Source: Clostridia bacterium
GTDB lineage: Bacteria > Bacillota > Clostridia > JAAYHZ01
Assembly: GCA_050950825.1 (NCBI GenBank)
Contig: JBMNIH010000002.1
Location: 384,001 to 448,000, forward strand
DNA length: 64,000 nucleotides
Direction of reading: 5' to 3'
Part shown: piece by piece, positions 29,476-38,217 of the stretch
Position numbering within the stretch: the stretch's first letter is position 1
Layout: the number at the start of each line of letters is the position of its first letter
Notes under the pieces: model-generated
What the model was told of the DNA's origin: nothing
Database searches by the model: none
The model's input: the letters and a program-made list of their open reading frames with translations, nothing else
Translations under genes and position numbers: made by a program

Positions 29476-30489
29476 ATGAATCGTAAAGCGAATGTAGCAG
29501 TTATCGGGGCGGGCGGAATCGCCAACAACGTTCATTTGCCCTCGTTATCGGAAATTGAAGAAGCCAATGTGGTAGCCGTATGCGACCTTCATGAAGAAAG
29601 AGCCAAAAAGGCTGCCGAAAAGTACTCCATCCCTGCCGTATACACCTCCATGTATAAAATGTTCGAAAAAGAAAGCCTAGACGGAGTTTTCGTGTTGGTT
29701 GAGCCGGACCGGCTCCACCGAGCGGCTTACGATTGCTTGAGCGCAGGTCTTCATGTGTTTATGGAAAAACCTGCAGGGATAACGTCCTACCAGGCTCGTT
29801 CTTTGGCGCGAAAAGCGGAGCAAACGGGCAAAACCGTTGCGGTAGGCATGAATCGAAGGCACATTCCTTTGGTTCAAAAAGTGTTTACCATGATGAAGGA
29901 AATTACACCCATAACCCAAGTCGACGGGGTTTTCATGAAAAACAGCAATATTGCAAACAGCTGGCACTACATGAGCGCATTCGTATGCGACATCATCCAC
30001 GCCACGGACTTGGTTCGATATTTTGCAGGGTCGAAGCCGACAAAAGCGGCAACCGTAGTCGCAAGGAACAACTCCCCTGTCGATAACGCTTGGTCCTCCG
30101 TCATTATGTTTGAAAACGGAATTGTGGGTACCCTTCGGTCCAACTACCAAATCGGCGGCCGCGTACATAGCTTCGAGATTCACGGGCCTAAAGCCAGTGC
30201 CTTTATTAACTTAGGATTCGGCGGCAACGAATGCGAAGCGAAGATTTTGTATGCCTCCGGAAAACCCATCTATTCTTTGGCCGCCGCCGGAGTATCCAAG
30301 CTTGCCATGGAGCATTTGGACGGAAAAGAAATCGCCGGCACCGATGCTTTCTATGCCTACTACGGCTACAAGCAGGAAGACAAAGATTTCATCAACTTCC
30401 TTTTAACCGGCCAAAAGCCTTTATGTACCATCGAGGATGCCGCCGAGACGATGGAAATGGCGGAAATGCTTTTAAACAACACGATCTAA
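29476..30489 (+). CDS. Gfo/Idh/MocA family oxidoreductase
   Basis: ATG 29476 after AAGGAG; VAVIGAGGIA...HLP, MEKP, GMNRR, IHATD. Confidence 0.9.
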   Translation: MNRKANVAVIGAGGIANNVHLPSLSEIEEANVVAVCDLHEERAKKAAEKYSIPAVYTSMYKMFEKESLDGVFVLVEPDRLHRAAYDCLSAGLHVFMEKPAGITSYQARSLARKAEQTGKTVAVGMNRRHIPLVQKVFTMMKEITPITQVDGVFMKNSNIANSWHYMSAFVCDIIHATDLVRYFAGSKPTKAATVVARNNSPVDNAWSSVIMFENGIVGTLRSNYQIGGRVHSFEIHGPKASAFINLGFGGNECEAKILYASGKPIYSLAAAGVSKLAMEHLDGKEIAGTDAFYAYYGYKQEDKDFINFLLTGQKPLCTIEDAAETMEMAEMLLNNTI

Positions 30490-30508
30490 GAAAAAGACTT
30501 TGAGGAAT

Positions 30509-30552
30509 ATAAAAAAGAAACGTTATGGCATTTCATGGCGTTTCTTTTTTAT
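30509..30552. terminator. Probable bidirectional terminator
   Basis: AAAAAAGAAACG...CGTTTCTTTTTT between convergent genes. Confidence 0.65.
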
Positions 30553-30577
30553 CGCGTTATTTTATTCCCGTCTTTCC

Positions 30578-31168
30578 TTAATTCAATACCTTCGCTTCCG
30601 CATTTTCTTTCTTTTGCCGATCAAATCGAATCATGCCCACAATGATGGATGACATGACGAATATTTCGGTAATGATCCCGGCATAAGATCCTTTCACGAT
30701 ATTGTAGGTAATCCACAAAGGAGATACCGGGAACGTGACTCTTCGTACATAGGTAGGATTGTCGAGCCAAAAGCCTAACGAGCCTAACACCATTCCTAAT
30801 ATGGGGAACAATGAGAAGATGTCTTCCCAAGTCAAAATCCCCGCTGCAATGGACACGGCCATAAATAAGAAAAGCCACCCTTTATGTCTTGCCCAAGTAT
30901 GCTTTTGCTTTTGGTAATATACGATGTTTCTTATGACGCTGACCACGTTAAGAGCCGCACCGGTGTAGGCACCTAAAAATAAAAAGTGAACGGCAAACAG
31001 GCATCCCGCCAAGAGCTGGAAGGTCAAAATCCCTTTTTTCGTGTTGTTCTGAAAAGAAATGATGGCCATAAGCAGGGCTACCCCGCCAATGACCTGCGCA
31101 ATGATTTCCATTGTATCCACGGTATATGTACTCCGATCCTCAAGTCTAATTGAATTGAATTCTATCAC
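30578..31168 (-). CDS. YgjV family inner membrane protein
   Basis: AQ.IG, SFQ, HFLFLGAYTGA, RN, WITYN..GS..G..E; true start may be ATG 31111. Confidence 0.85.
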   Translation of the reverse strand: MIEFNSIRLEDRSTYTVDTMEIIAQVIGGVALLMAIISFQNNTKKGILTFQLLAGCLFAVHFLFLGAYTGAALNVVSVIRNIVYYQKQKHTWARHKGWLFLFMAVSIAAGILTWEDIFSLFPILGMVLGSLGFWLDNPTYVRRVTFPVSPLWITYNIVKGSYAGIITEIFVMSSIIVGMIRFDRQKKENAEAKVLN

Positions 31169-31305
31169 CTTTCATCGGGGTTTGCAATACGGCGGAAAAG
31201 CCGTACTTCTAAAATCTTTAAAAGAATCGTTTCATCATCCTTTGTCTTTTGTTTGATACATTTTCATCAAAGTGGTATAGTATTTCTCGAGGTGGGTAGG
31301 AAGCT

Positions 31306-32091
31306 ATGAAAATTATTGATATCCATGCACATATTTTTCCGGACAAGATAGCCGAGAAAGCATCCGCAAATGTAGGCGCTTTTTACAACTTGTCCATGAA
31401 ACACGACGGTAAAATTCGAACTCTTTTGGATATGGGCGACCGTTACGGCATCGACCGGTTTTTGGTCCACTCCGTTGCCACTACGGCGGAACAGGTGGAA
31501 AGCATTAATAGTTTCATAAGCGGAGTCGTTAAAGCCTATAACGGGCGTTTTATCGGATTTGCCACGCTGCATCCGGATTACAAGAATACGGAAAAGGAAA
31601 TCGATCGAGCCGTATCCCTCGGATTAAAGGGGATCAAGCTTCATCCGGACTTTCAGCGCTTTCATATCGACTGTAAAGAAGCCATGGGACTGTATGAAAT
31701 ATTGGAAGGAAGGCTGCCATTATTGATCCATACCGGCGATTACCGGTACGAATATTCGAAGCCCCAACGGTTGGCAAAGGTTTTGGACCGTTTTCCTCGC
31801 CTGCAAGTCATCGCCGCTCACTTCGGCGGATGGTCCGAATGGGACAAAGGAGCGGAAGCTTTGGCCGGTAGAAACGTATATGTGGATACCTCCAGTACCT
31901 TTTACGCCAACCCTCTGGAAAAAGTCCGTTTTCTTTTCAAGCTTTTCGGCTCGGATCATATCATGTTCGGTTCCGACTATCCCATGTGGAATCCGGGTAC
32001 GGAAATCGAGTTCATCCGAAGACTGGAGTTGGATGAAAGGGATTTGGAAAAAATAATGCATGAGAATGTAGAGAAACTATTGGGAATATAA
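31306..32091 (+). CDS. Amidohydrolase_2 family protein
   Basis: IDIHAH, GIKLHP, IHTG, AAHFGG, DTSS, FGSDYP. Confidence 0.9.
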   Translation: MKIIDIHAHIFPDKIAEKASANVGAFYNLSMKHDGKIRTLLDMGDRYGIDRFLVHSVATTAEQVESINSFISGVVKAYNGRFIGFATLHPDYKNTEKEIDRAVSLGLKGIKLHPDFQRFHIDCKEAMGLYEILEGRLPLLIHTGDYRYEYSKPQRLAKVLDRFPRLQVIAAHFGGWSEWDKGAEALAGRNVYVDTSSTFYANPLEKVRFLFKLFGSDHIMFGSDYPMWNPGTEIEFIRRLELDERDLEKIMHENVEKLLGI

Positions 32092-32109
32092 AAAGGGCGG
32101 TTAAGCCCT

Positions 32110-33150
32110 TTATTCACGCATTTCCGTTTTTCGCAGCTGGCCGCAAGCGGCTTGAATATCGCTTCCTAATTCCCTCCTTACGGAAACGGGAATCTTTGCG
32201 TTCGTAATGATGTTTTGAAAGGTCTTCACGGTTTCCGGGTTCGGCTTTGAATAAGCCGTTTGGCGAATGCTGTTTACGGGAATTAAGTTTACATGACACA
32301 AAAGGCCCTTTAAAAGCCGGACCAATTCGTACGCTTGCTTTTTATCCGAATTGACGCCTTCGATCAAAGCGTATTCGAAGGTCACTCTTCTTCCGGTTTT
32401 GTTCACGTAATACCGGCAAGCCTTTATAATCTCGTCAACGGTCCACCGGTTTGCGACGGGCATGACGGTTTTTCGAATATCGTCATTGGGGGCATGAAGG
32501 GATACGGACAAATTCACCGGCATGTTTTCTTCCGCGAATTGACGTATTTTAGGCACAATCCCGCAAGTGGACACGGTGATTTTTCGATATCCGACGTTAA
32601 ATCCTTCCGGGTCGTGAACGGTCTTTAGAAACAAAATCAAATTGTCATAATTGTCAAACGGCTCTCCGATCCCCATAACGACAATATTGCCGATTCGATC
32701 CCCGGCCGTTTTCTGCATGAGGTATACTTGGCGCAGCATTTCATAAGCCGTCAAATCCCTCGAGAAGCGTACGTCGGAGGAAGCGCAGAATTTACATCCC
32801 ATTTTGCAGCCCGCTTGGGATGAGATGCATACGCTGTACCCGTGGAGATATTTCATCAAAACTCCTTCGATACAATTGCCGTCGTGAAGCCGAAAAAGAA
32901 ACTTTACGGTATCGTCTATGGATGAACGGTATTCTTTTTCTACGGTTACGGTTCCGAATTTAAAGTCTTGCTTCAATTGCTCCCTTAACGAGGCCGGCAG
33001 AGATGTCATATCGTCGATGGCGGGAACTCCTTGAATGAGATACCGTTTCAACTGGTTAAATCGAAACTTTTGCCCGGTCTTTTCCGTTACATAATCCAAA
33101 AGAGCTTCATCGGGCATCTCTTCCAAATAGAGGTTCATTTCTTTTTTCAT
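32110..33150 (-). CDS. rlmN: 23S rRNA (adenine-C2) methyltransferase RlmN
   Basis: CISSQAGCKMGCKFCAS, MGIGEP, SLHAP, TFEY, NLIP, AACGQL. Confidence 0.96.
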   Translation of the reverse strand: MKKEMNLYLEEMPDEALLDYVTEKTGQKFRFNQLKRYLIQGVPAIDDMTSLPASLREQLKQDFKFGTVTVEKEYRSSIDDTVKFLFRLHDGNCIEGVLMKYLHGYSVCISSQAGCKMGCKFCASSDVRFSRDLTAYEMLRQVYLMQKTAGDRIGNIVVMGIGEPFDNYDNLILFLKTVHDPEGFNVGYRKITVSTCGIVPKIRQFAEENMPVNLSVSLHAPNDDIRKTVMPVANRWTVDEIIKACRYYVNKTGRRVTFEYALIEGVNSDKKQAYELVRLLKGLLCHVNLIPVNSIRQTAYSKPNPETVKTFQNIITNAKIPVSVRRELGSDIQAACGQLRKTEMRE

Positions 33151-33176
33151 GGGTTTTTCTCCTTCTAATAATATAT

Positions 33177-34511
33177 TTACACCCGCCTTATCAATTTCGC
33201 GGCAAAAAACCCGTCGGTTCCGTGTACGTGAGGATACGTATTGACAAAGCTTCCGGTAGCATATCTTGTTATCTTTCCCGGTTCGTAACGAATTTCTCCA
33301 AGCTCAAAATTCGGATGCTCCTTTAAAAACTCTTTGATCCTGTCCTCGTTTTCTTCCGGAAGGACGGTACATGTACTGTACACCAAAGCTCCGCCCGGTT
33401 TTACGTACATACAGCATGTATCCAAAATGTCTTTTTGCAGTCGTAAAAGCTCGGGCTCGTCTTCGTAATTCCACTTAATGTCCGGCTTTCTTCGGATAAT
33501 TCCGAGTCCCGTGCAAGGAACATCCAACAAAACACCGTCTGCGGATTCTTTTAGGTCTTCTATGAGTACCCGAGCGTCATGAACCGTACATTCGATGTTT
33601 TTCCTGCCGGCTTTTCGGAAGGTCTCCTCCATTAAGTCCACCTTGTGCTTATGAATATCCATGGCCAATATCCTTCCGGTATCCTGCATCATTTCGGATA
33701 GGGCCATCGTTTTTCCTCCCGGAGCGGCACAACAGTCGAAAACCACGGACCCCGGCTTCGGGTCCAACGCTTTTACCGGCAAAGAAGCGCTTTCGTCCAT
33801 CACAACGAAAGCTCCCCTGTTGAATTCGGGGGTATCAAACAACCCCGAAGCGCTTTTTAATTTTAAAACCGCTTCTTCCGCAGCCGATTTTTCCGCCTCA
33901 AACCCTTGTTTAATGAGCGATTGCAATAACGTATCCGGATCGGTTACAAGGGTGTTGACCCGAATATAGAGATCCGGCCTTTCCAAGCAAGCGGCGCAGA
34001 ATTGTTCCGTTTCTTCCAAACCGAAGACCGGAATAAGCTTTCGGATGATTTTCTCCGACATGGAATATTTCAAGGACAGGTATTCAACGGGCTCTTTTGC
34101 CTTATCGGGCAAAACCAAGGGCTGCTCGGAACGGGCGATGCTTCTCATCACCCCGTTTACAAACCCTGCAACCTTCGGATGAGAAAGCCTTTTGGCCAAA
34201 TCCACCGTTTCGTTGCATGCGGAATAAGCCGGTATAAATTTGCTGAATACCAGCTGGAAGACCCCTAATCGCAGTACGTTTCGTATTTTTTTATCGATGG
34301 AATTTACGGAACGCTTTGAAAAACGCTCGATAATCCGGTCCAATGTAAGCTTGTAGGATACGGTTCCGTAAACCAGCATGGAAACAAAACGCCTTTCGGC
34401 GGCATCGGCTTTTCGGTTTCTTAGTACCTTATTCAAAGCGATGTTCACGTAGGCGTTATTCTCCAATACATCGTATATAATTTCGTATGCCGTTTGTCTC
34501 GGTGAATCCAA
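33177..34511 (-). CDS. rsmB: 16S rRNA m5C967 methyltransferase
   Basis: NusB-like N-terminus, DCCAAPGGKT, LDVPCTGLG, YSTCT, DGFF. Confidence 0.95.
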   Translation of the reverse strand: MDSPRQTAYEIIYDVLENNAYVNIALNKVLRNRKADAAERRFVSMLVYGTVSYKLTLDRIIERFSKRSVNSIDKKIRNVLRLGVFQLVFSKFIPAYSACNETVDLAKRLSHPKVAGFVNGVMRSIARSEQPLVLPDKAKEPVEYLSLKYSMSEKIIRKLIPVFGLEETEQFCAACLERPDLYIRVNTLVTDPDTLLQSLIKQGFEAEKSAAEEAVLKLKSASGLFDTPEFNRGAFVVMDESASLPVKALDPKPGSVVFDCCAAPGGKTMALSEMMQDTGRILAMDIHKHKVDLMEETFRKAGRKNIECTVHDARVLIEDLKESADGVLLDVPCTGLGIIRRKPDIKWNYEDEPELLRLQKDILDTCCMYVKPGGALVYSTCTVLPEENEDRIKEFLKEHPNFELGEIRYEPGKITRYATGSFVNTYPHVHGTDGFFAAKLIRRV

Positions 34512-35189
34512 TTATTTTCTTCTCCTTAATAAAAGCAGTCTCATCAAGCTTGCAATGGCCGTCAGCGCGGAAGCGACATAGGTCATGGCAGCTGCGGTAA
34601 GTACTTTTTTAGCGCCTTTTAGCTCCTCCTCGGTTAATATGCCGTATTCATCCAAGCCTGCCAAAGCCCTCTTGGAGGCGTTCAATTCCACCGGCAGCGT
34701 GATCAGATAGAAAACCACCGCAGCCGAGAACAAAACGATTCCGATATTAAACAGAACCGGCATATTCATAAACAAACCGATGATGGCAAGCCACGGACCT
34801 GCGAAGGACCCGATATTGGCAATAGGATATACCGTTGATCTTAGTACCAAAGGCCCGTATCCCACGGCATGCTGTATAGCATGTCCGGTTTCATGGGCGG
34901 CAACCCCTACGGCCGCAACGGTGGATCGACCGTATACCGGTTCGGATAGGGCAATGACCTTTTTTGACGGATCGAAATGATCCGTAAGCGATCCTTGGGT
35001 AGCGGTTATTTCAACGTCGTAAATCCCGTTTTGTCTCAGAAGCCGGCTTGCCACATCATACCCTGTAAACCTTCCCGAGGTTTGCACCTTTGAATATTTC
35101 GAAAAAGTAGCCTGTACTTTGGCTTGCGCCCACAAGGCGATCAAAAACGCCGGCAGAACCAGCATTAAATAATACTCGTCATAAAACAC
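34512..35189 (-). CDS. Membrane zinc metallopeptidase (YugP-like)
   Basis: LTDHFDP, VAAHETGHAIQH, TLPVE.NAS.RA, AAMTYVA. Confidence 0.92.
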   Translation of the reverse strand: MFYDEYYLMLVLPAFLIALWAQAKVQATFSKYSKVQTSGRFTGYDVASRLLRQNGIYDVEITATQGSLTDHFDPSKKVIALSEPVYGRSTVAAVGVAAHETGHAIQHAVGYGPLVLRSTVYPIANIGSFAGPWLAIIGLFMNMPVLFNIGIVLFSAAVVFYLITLPVELNASKRALAGLDEYGILTEEELKGAKKVLTAAAMTYVASALTAIASLMRLLLLRRRK

Positions 35190-36147
35190 AGGATACTCCC
35201 CCTTTACTATTATTTCCGTAAGGCTTTAATACAATACCCTTTTCGAGATTATGCCCGCATACCCCGATAGGCATGCAACGGCAGTTTTCAAACTGTATTT
35301 CATAAATCATAACGGTTCCGGGATTCGCCGCGATTTCAATGTAATCTTTGGTAATCTCCAGAAGGGTCCCGGGCTCCGCATCGGTTATACGGTCGGTGTA
35401 ATAGGATTGGATCAGTTTCATTCTTTTGCCTTCGTAGAAGGTATAGGCTCCGGGCCACGGCGTAACGCCGCGAATCCGATTATGAATGTCGATAGCCGGT
35501 TTGTTCCAATCGATACGTCCGGTTTCCTTATCCACCATGGGTGCGTAAGTGGCTTTTGAATGATCCTGAGGAATTCTTTTTAAAGTACCCTCGTTAAGCT
35601 TTTCCAGCGTTTCCTTTAAGACCTTCGCTCCTAACTCCGCCAAAATGTCATGCAATTCTCCTACGTTCATACGATCGTGAACGGGAATCTCTTCCGAAAG
35701 CAAAATATCGCCGGTATCCATTCCCCGATCCGTCATCATTGTCGTGATGCCGGTGACGGTAAATCCGTTGATCAACGCATGGTGGATGGGTGCAGCGCCT
35801 CTTAACAAAGGAAGCAAGGAAGCATGGACGTTGACGGTACCGTAAACGGGAATGTCCAAAACCTGTTGAGGTAAAATCTTACCGTACGCAACGGTAATCA
35901 TCACGTCCGGTTTCAACGTCTTTAATTGCTCCAAAAATTCTTGAGTTTTGACGCTATCCGGCTGCAGCACATTCAAATTGTTTTTTAAGGCTACTTCTTT
36001 TACCGGCGGGCAGCACAGTCTTTCTCCTCTGCCCTTCGGCTTATCGGTTTGCGTAATGACACCGACTATGTTGTAGCCTTCTTTTATTAACATTTCCAAA
36101 GAGGGAACGGCAAATTCCGGTGTCCCCATAAAAACAATCCTCATCAA
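35179..36147 (-). CDS. fmt: Methionyl-tRNA formyltransferase
   Basis: FMGTPEFA, AYGKILP, NVHASLLP..RGAAPI, GMDTGD. Confidence 0.97.
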   Translation of the reverse strand: MMRIVFMGTPEFAVPSLEMLIKEGYNIVGVITQTDKPKGRGERLCCPPVKEVALKNNLNVLQPDSVKTQEFLEQLKTLKPDVMITVAYGKILPQQVLDIPVYGTVNVHASLLPLLRGAAPIHHALINGFTVTGITTMMTDRGMDTGDILLSEEIPVHDRMNVGELHDILAELGAKVLKETLEKLNEGTLKRIPQDHSKATYAPMVDKETGRIDWNKPAIDIHNRIRGVTPWPGAYTFYEGKRMKLIQSYYTDRITDAEPGTLLEITKDYIEIAANPGTVMIYEIQFENCRCMPIGVCGHNLEKGIVLKPYGNNSKGGVSCVL

Positions 36148-36159
36148 CTCTATCCCGCC

Positions 36160-36636
36160 TTATTCCATTGGTATTTCTTGATCTTCTTCGTCGTACAGCT
36201 TGACGGCTCTGTCCTTAAACAAAATTCCGTCCAAATGGTCCAGCTCGTGACAAATACAAACCGCAAACAATTCCTCGGCTTCGTATACATGCTCGTTGCC
36301 TTCGCGATCCATAGCTTTAACCGTCAGCTTTGCCGGTCGGATTACGTCTCCCGTCATACCGGGTACGCTTAAACAGCCTTCTTTACAGGTTTGTTCTCCG
36401 GACGCTTCCACAATAACCGGGTTCACCATTTCTACGGGGCCGTCTCCAACGTCGATAACCACGATTCTTCTTAAGATACCGATTTGGGGTGCGGCAAGGC
36501 CGATCCCTCCGGCATCGTACATGGTATCAAACATGTCATCTATTAAAACCGCCAGTTTTTTATCGTACTTATCTACGGATTTTGCTTTTTTAGTCAGCAC
36601 ATCATCTCCGATTTTTACAATCTTTCTTATTGCCAT
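36160..36636 (-). CDS. def: Peptide deformylase
   Basis: GIGLAAPQIG, EGCLS, HELDHLDG. Confidence 0.97.
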   Translation of the reverse strand: MAIRKIVKIGDDVLTKKAKSVDKYDKKLAVLIDDMFDTMYDAGGIGLAAPQIGILRRIVVIDVGDGPVEMVNPVIVEASGEQTCKEGCLSVPGMTGDVIRPAKLTVKAMDREGNEHVYEAEELFAVCICHELDHLDGILFKDRAVKLYDEEDQEIPME

Positions 36637-36788
36637 GTTTTTTCTCCATTCTTCTAAGGATTTATATTTTATATATATTTGTTAACGATACGATATACTC
36701 ATCGCTCATAGTTCAGCTACAATATAATATACCATAAAGTTATAAAAGATACAAAAACGGTCCTCTCTCTTTTTTAATTTTCTTGTAT

Positions 36789-36821
36789 AAAAAACGGACC
36801 GGCGCTTTTTACCCCGGTCCG
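36789..36821 (-). terminator. Terminator after ABC permease
   Basis: CGGACCGG/CCGGTCCG stem followed by T-run on minus strand. Confidence 0.6.
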
Positions 36822-36846
36822 CTTTGAATCTTTATTGTAAATACCT

Positions 36847-38217
36847 TTATTCCGTTCGGATCGCCGATAAAGCGCTTAGCTTCATGGCACGTCTTGCCGG
36901 AGAATATCCGGATATCAAGCCTACGAAGGTGGAGAACACAACTGTCGCCAACAAAAGCCAAGGAGGTATAATGGATATTTTTTCAACCTGCACGCCGTAT
37001 CCCATTCGGCCCATTAAGGCGGGCGCAAGGAATTTATTCAAAAGATACGATGCGCCGATGCTTAATCCTCCTCCGACGACACCCCCGATAAATCCGATCA
37101 AGCCGGATTCGATCAGGAACATTTGGCGGATGTTTTTCAGCAAGCATCCTAACACCTTCATAATACCGATCTCTCTTGTTCTTTCGTAGATGGCCATGAT
37201 CATGGTATTGGTGATACCCAAAGCCGCAACCAAAAGGGAAATGGCGCCGATGCCTCCTAACACCGCTTGGATTATACGGGATGTTTTCTGAATCTCCTGC
37301 ATCTGGTCCATAAGGGAGTACGTCTGGAAACCCATCTCCTTGATGGCATTTTGCACATCCACCACCTTGTTCATGTCTTTAACGCGAACCTTGATCTGAC
37401 TGTACGTCGTATCCGCCGAGGTGGGTCTTCTTCTTCCCCCGCCTTGCAGCCTTTCATTTTCTTTAATCAGCTTTTTTACGTAATCCAGGTTGGCAATGGC
37501 ATACCAAGAATAGTTCTGAGACCCTTCCCAAGACAAAAGTCCGACTCCTTCCACGTTATAGCGCTTCGGCCTTCTTCCGCCTTCAATAGGTGTTTGGTGA
37601 GGTTCCCCGTAATTCATGTCAAAGGTCAAGATCAAACGATCCTCCAGCACGTTGACATTAGGCTCTTGGTTCGCCGACCAGCCCCAATAGCCTCCTCTTC
37701 TGTCACGAGGGTTGTAGAAGTTCATGGGGACGTCGGAGCCGAAAACAATGGCGTTGGTGTCGTTTACGGTTAAAAGTCGTCCTTGATCCACTTCGAAATC
37801 GAAATATTCCATGGCCTCCGGATTAACGCCCATAAGCTGAACCCATGCAATATAGCGGCCGGAGCCCATCTTGACGGATGTGGTAAGCATCTTCAATACG
37901 GATTGAACTCCGTCGATGTTTGCGATTTTTTCGCAGGTGGCATCGTCCAGCTTCGGCTGTTCGGAATCGCTTCCTCCGACTTTCACAACATCCATGGCGT
38001 AGTAACCTCCGCCATTGTAATTGTAAACTTGGATGACGTTTAAGCTACCCATCCGTTCCAAGCTCTTTTGGAAGCTGATATTGATACCGAAACCTAAGGA
38101 CAGCATCAGCGTAATGGACATGGTACCGATGAGGACGCCTAATACGGTCAGAATGGTTCGGACCTTTCTCCGCCATAAGTTGCTTAAGGACATAAGGATA
38201 AGGTCTAAACTATTCAT
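36847..38217 (-). CDS. MacB/FtsX family ABC permease
   Basis: RKVRTILTVLGV.IG, ISLLVAALGITNTM..ERTREIG.MK.LG, PARRA. Confidence 0.93.
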   Translation of the reverse strand: MNSLDLILMSLSNLWRRKVRTILTVLGVLIGTMSITLMLSLGFGINISFQKSLERMGSLNVIQVYNYNGGGYYAMDVVKVGGSDSEQPKLDDATCEKIANIDGVQSVLKMLTTSVKMGSGRYIAWVQLMGVNPEAMEYFDFEVDQGRLLTVNDTNAIVFGSDVPMNFYNPRDRRGGYWGWSANQEPNVNVLEDRLILTFDMNYGEPHQTPIEGGRRPKRYNVEGVGLLSWEGSQNYSWYAIANLDYVKKLIKENERLQGGGRRRPTSADTTYSQIKVRVKDMNKVVDVQNAIKEMGFQTYSLMDQMQEIQKTSRIIQAVLGGIGAISLLVAALGITNTMIMAIYERTREIGIMKVLGCLLKNIRQMFLIESGLIGFIGGVVGGGLSIGASYLLNKFLAPALMGRMGYGVQVEKISIIPPWLLLATVVFSTFVGLISGYSPARRAMKLSALSAIRTE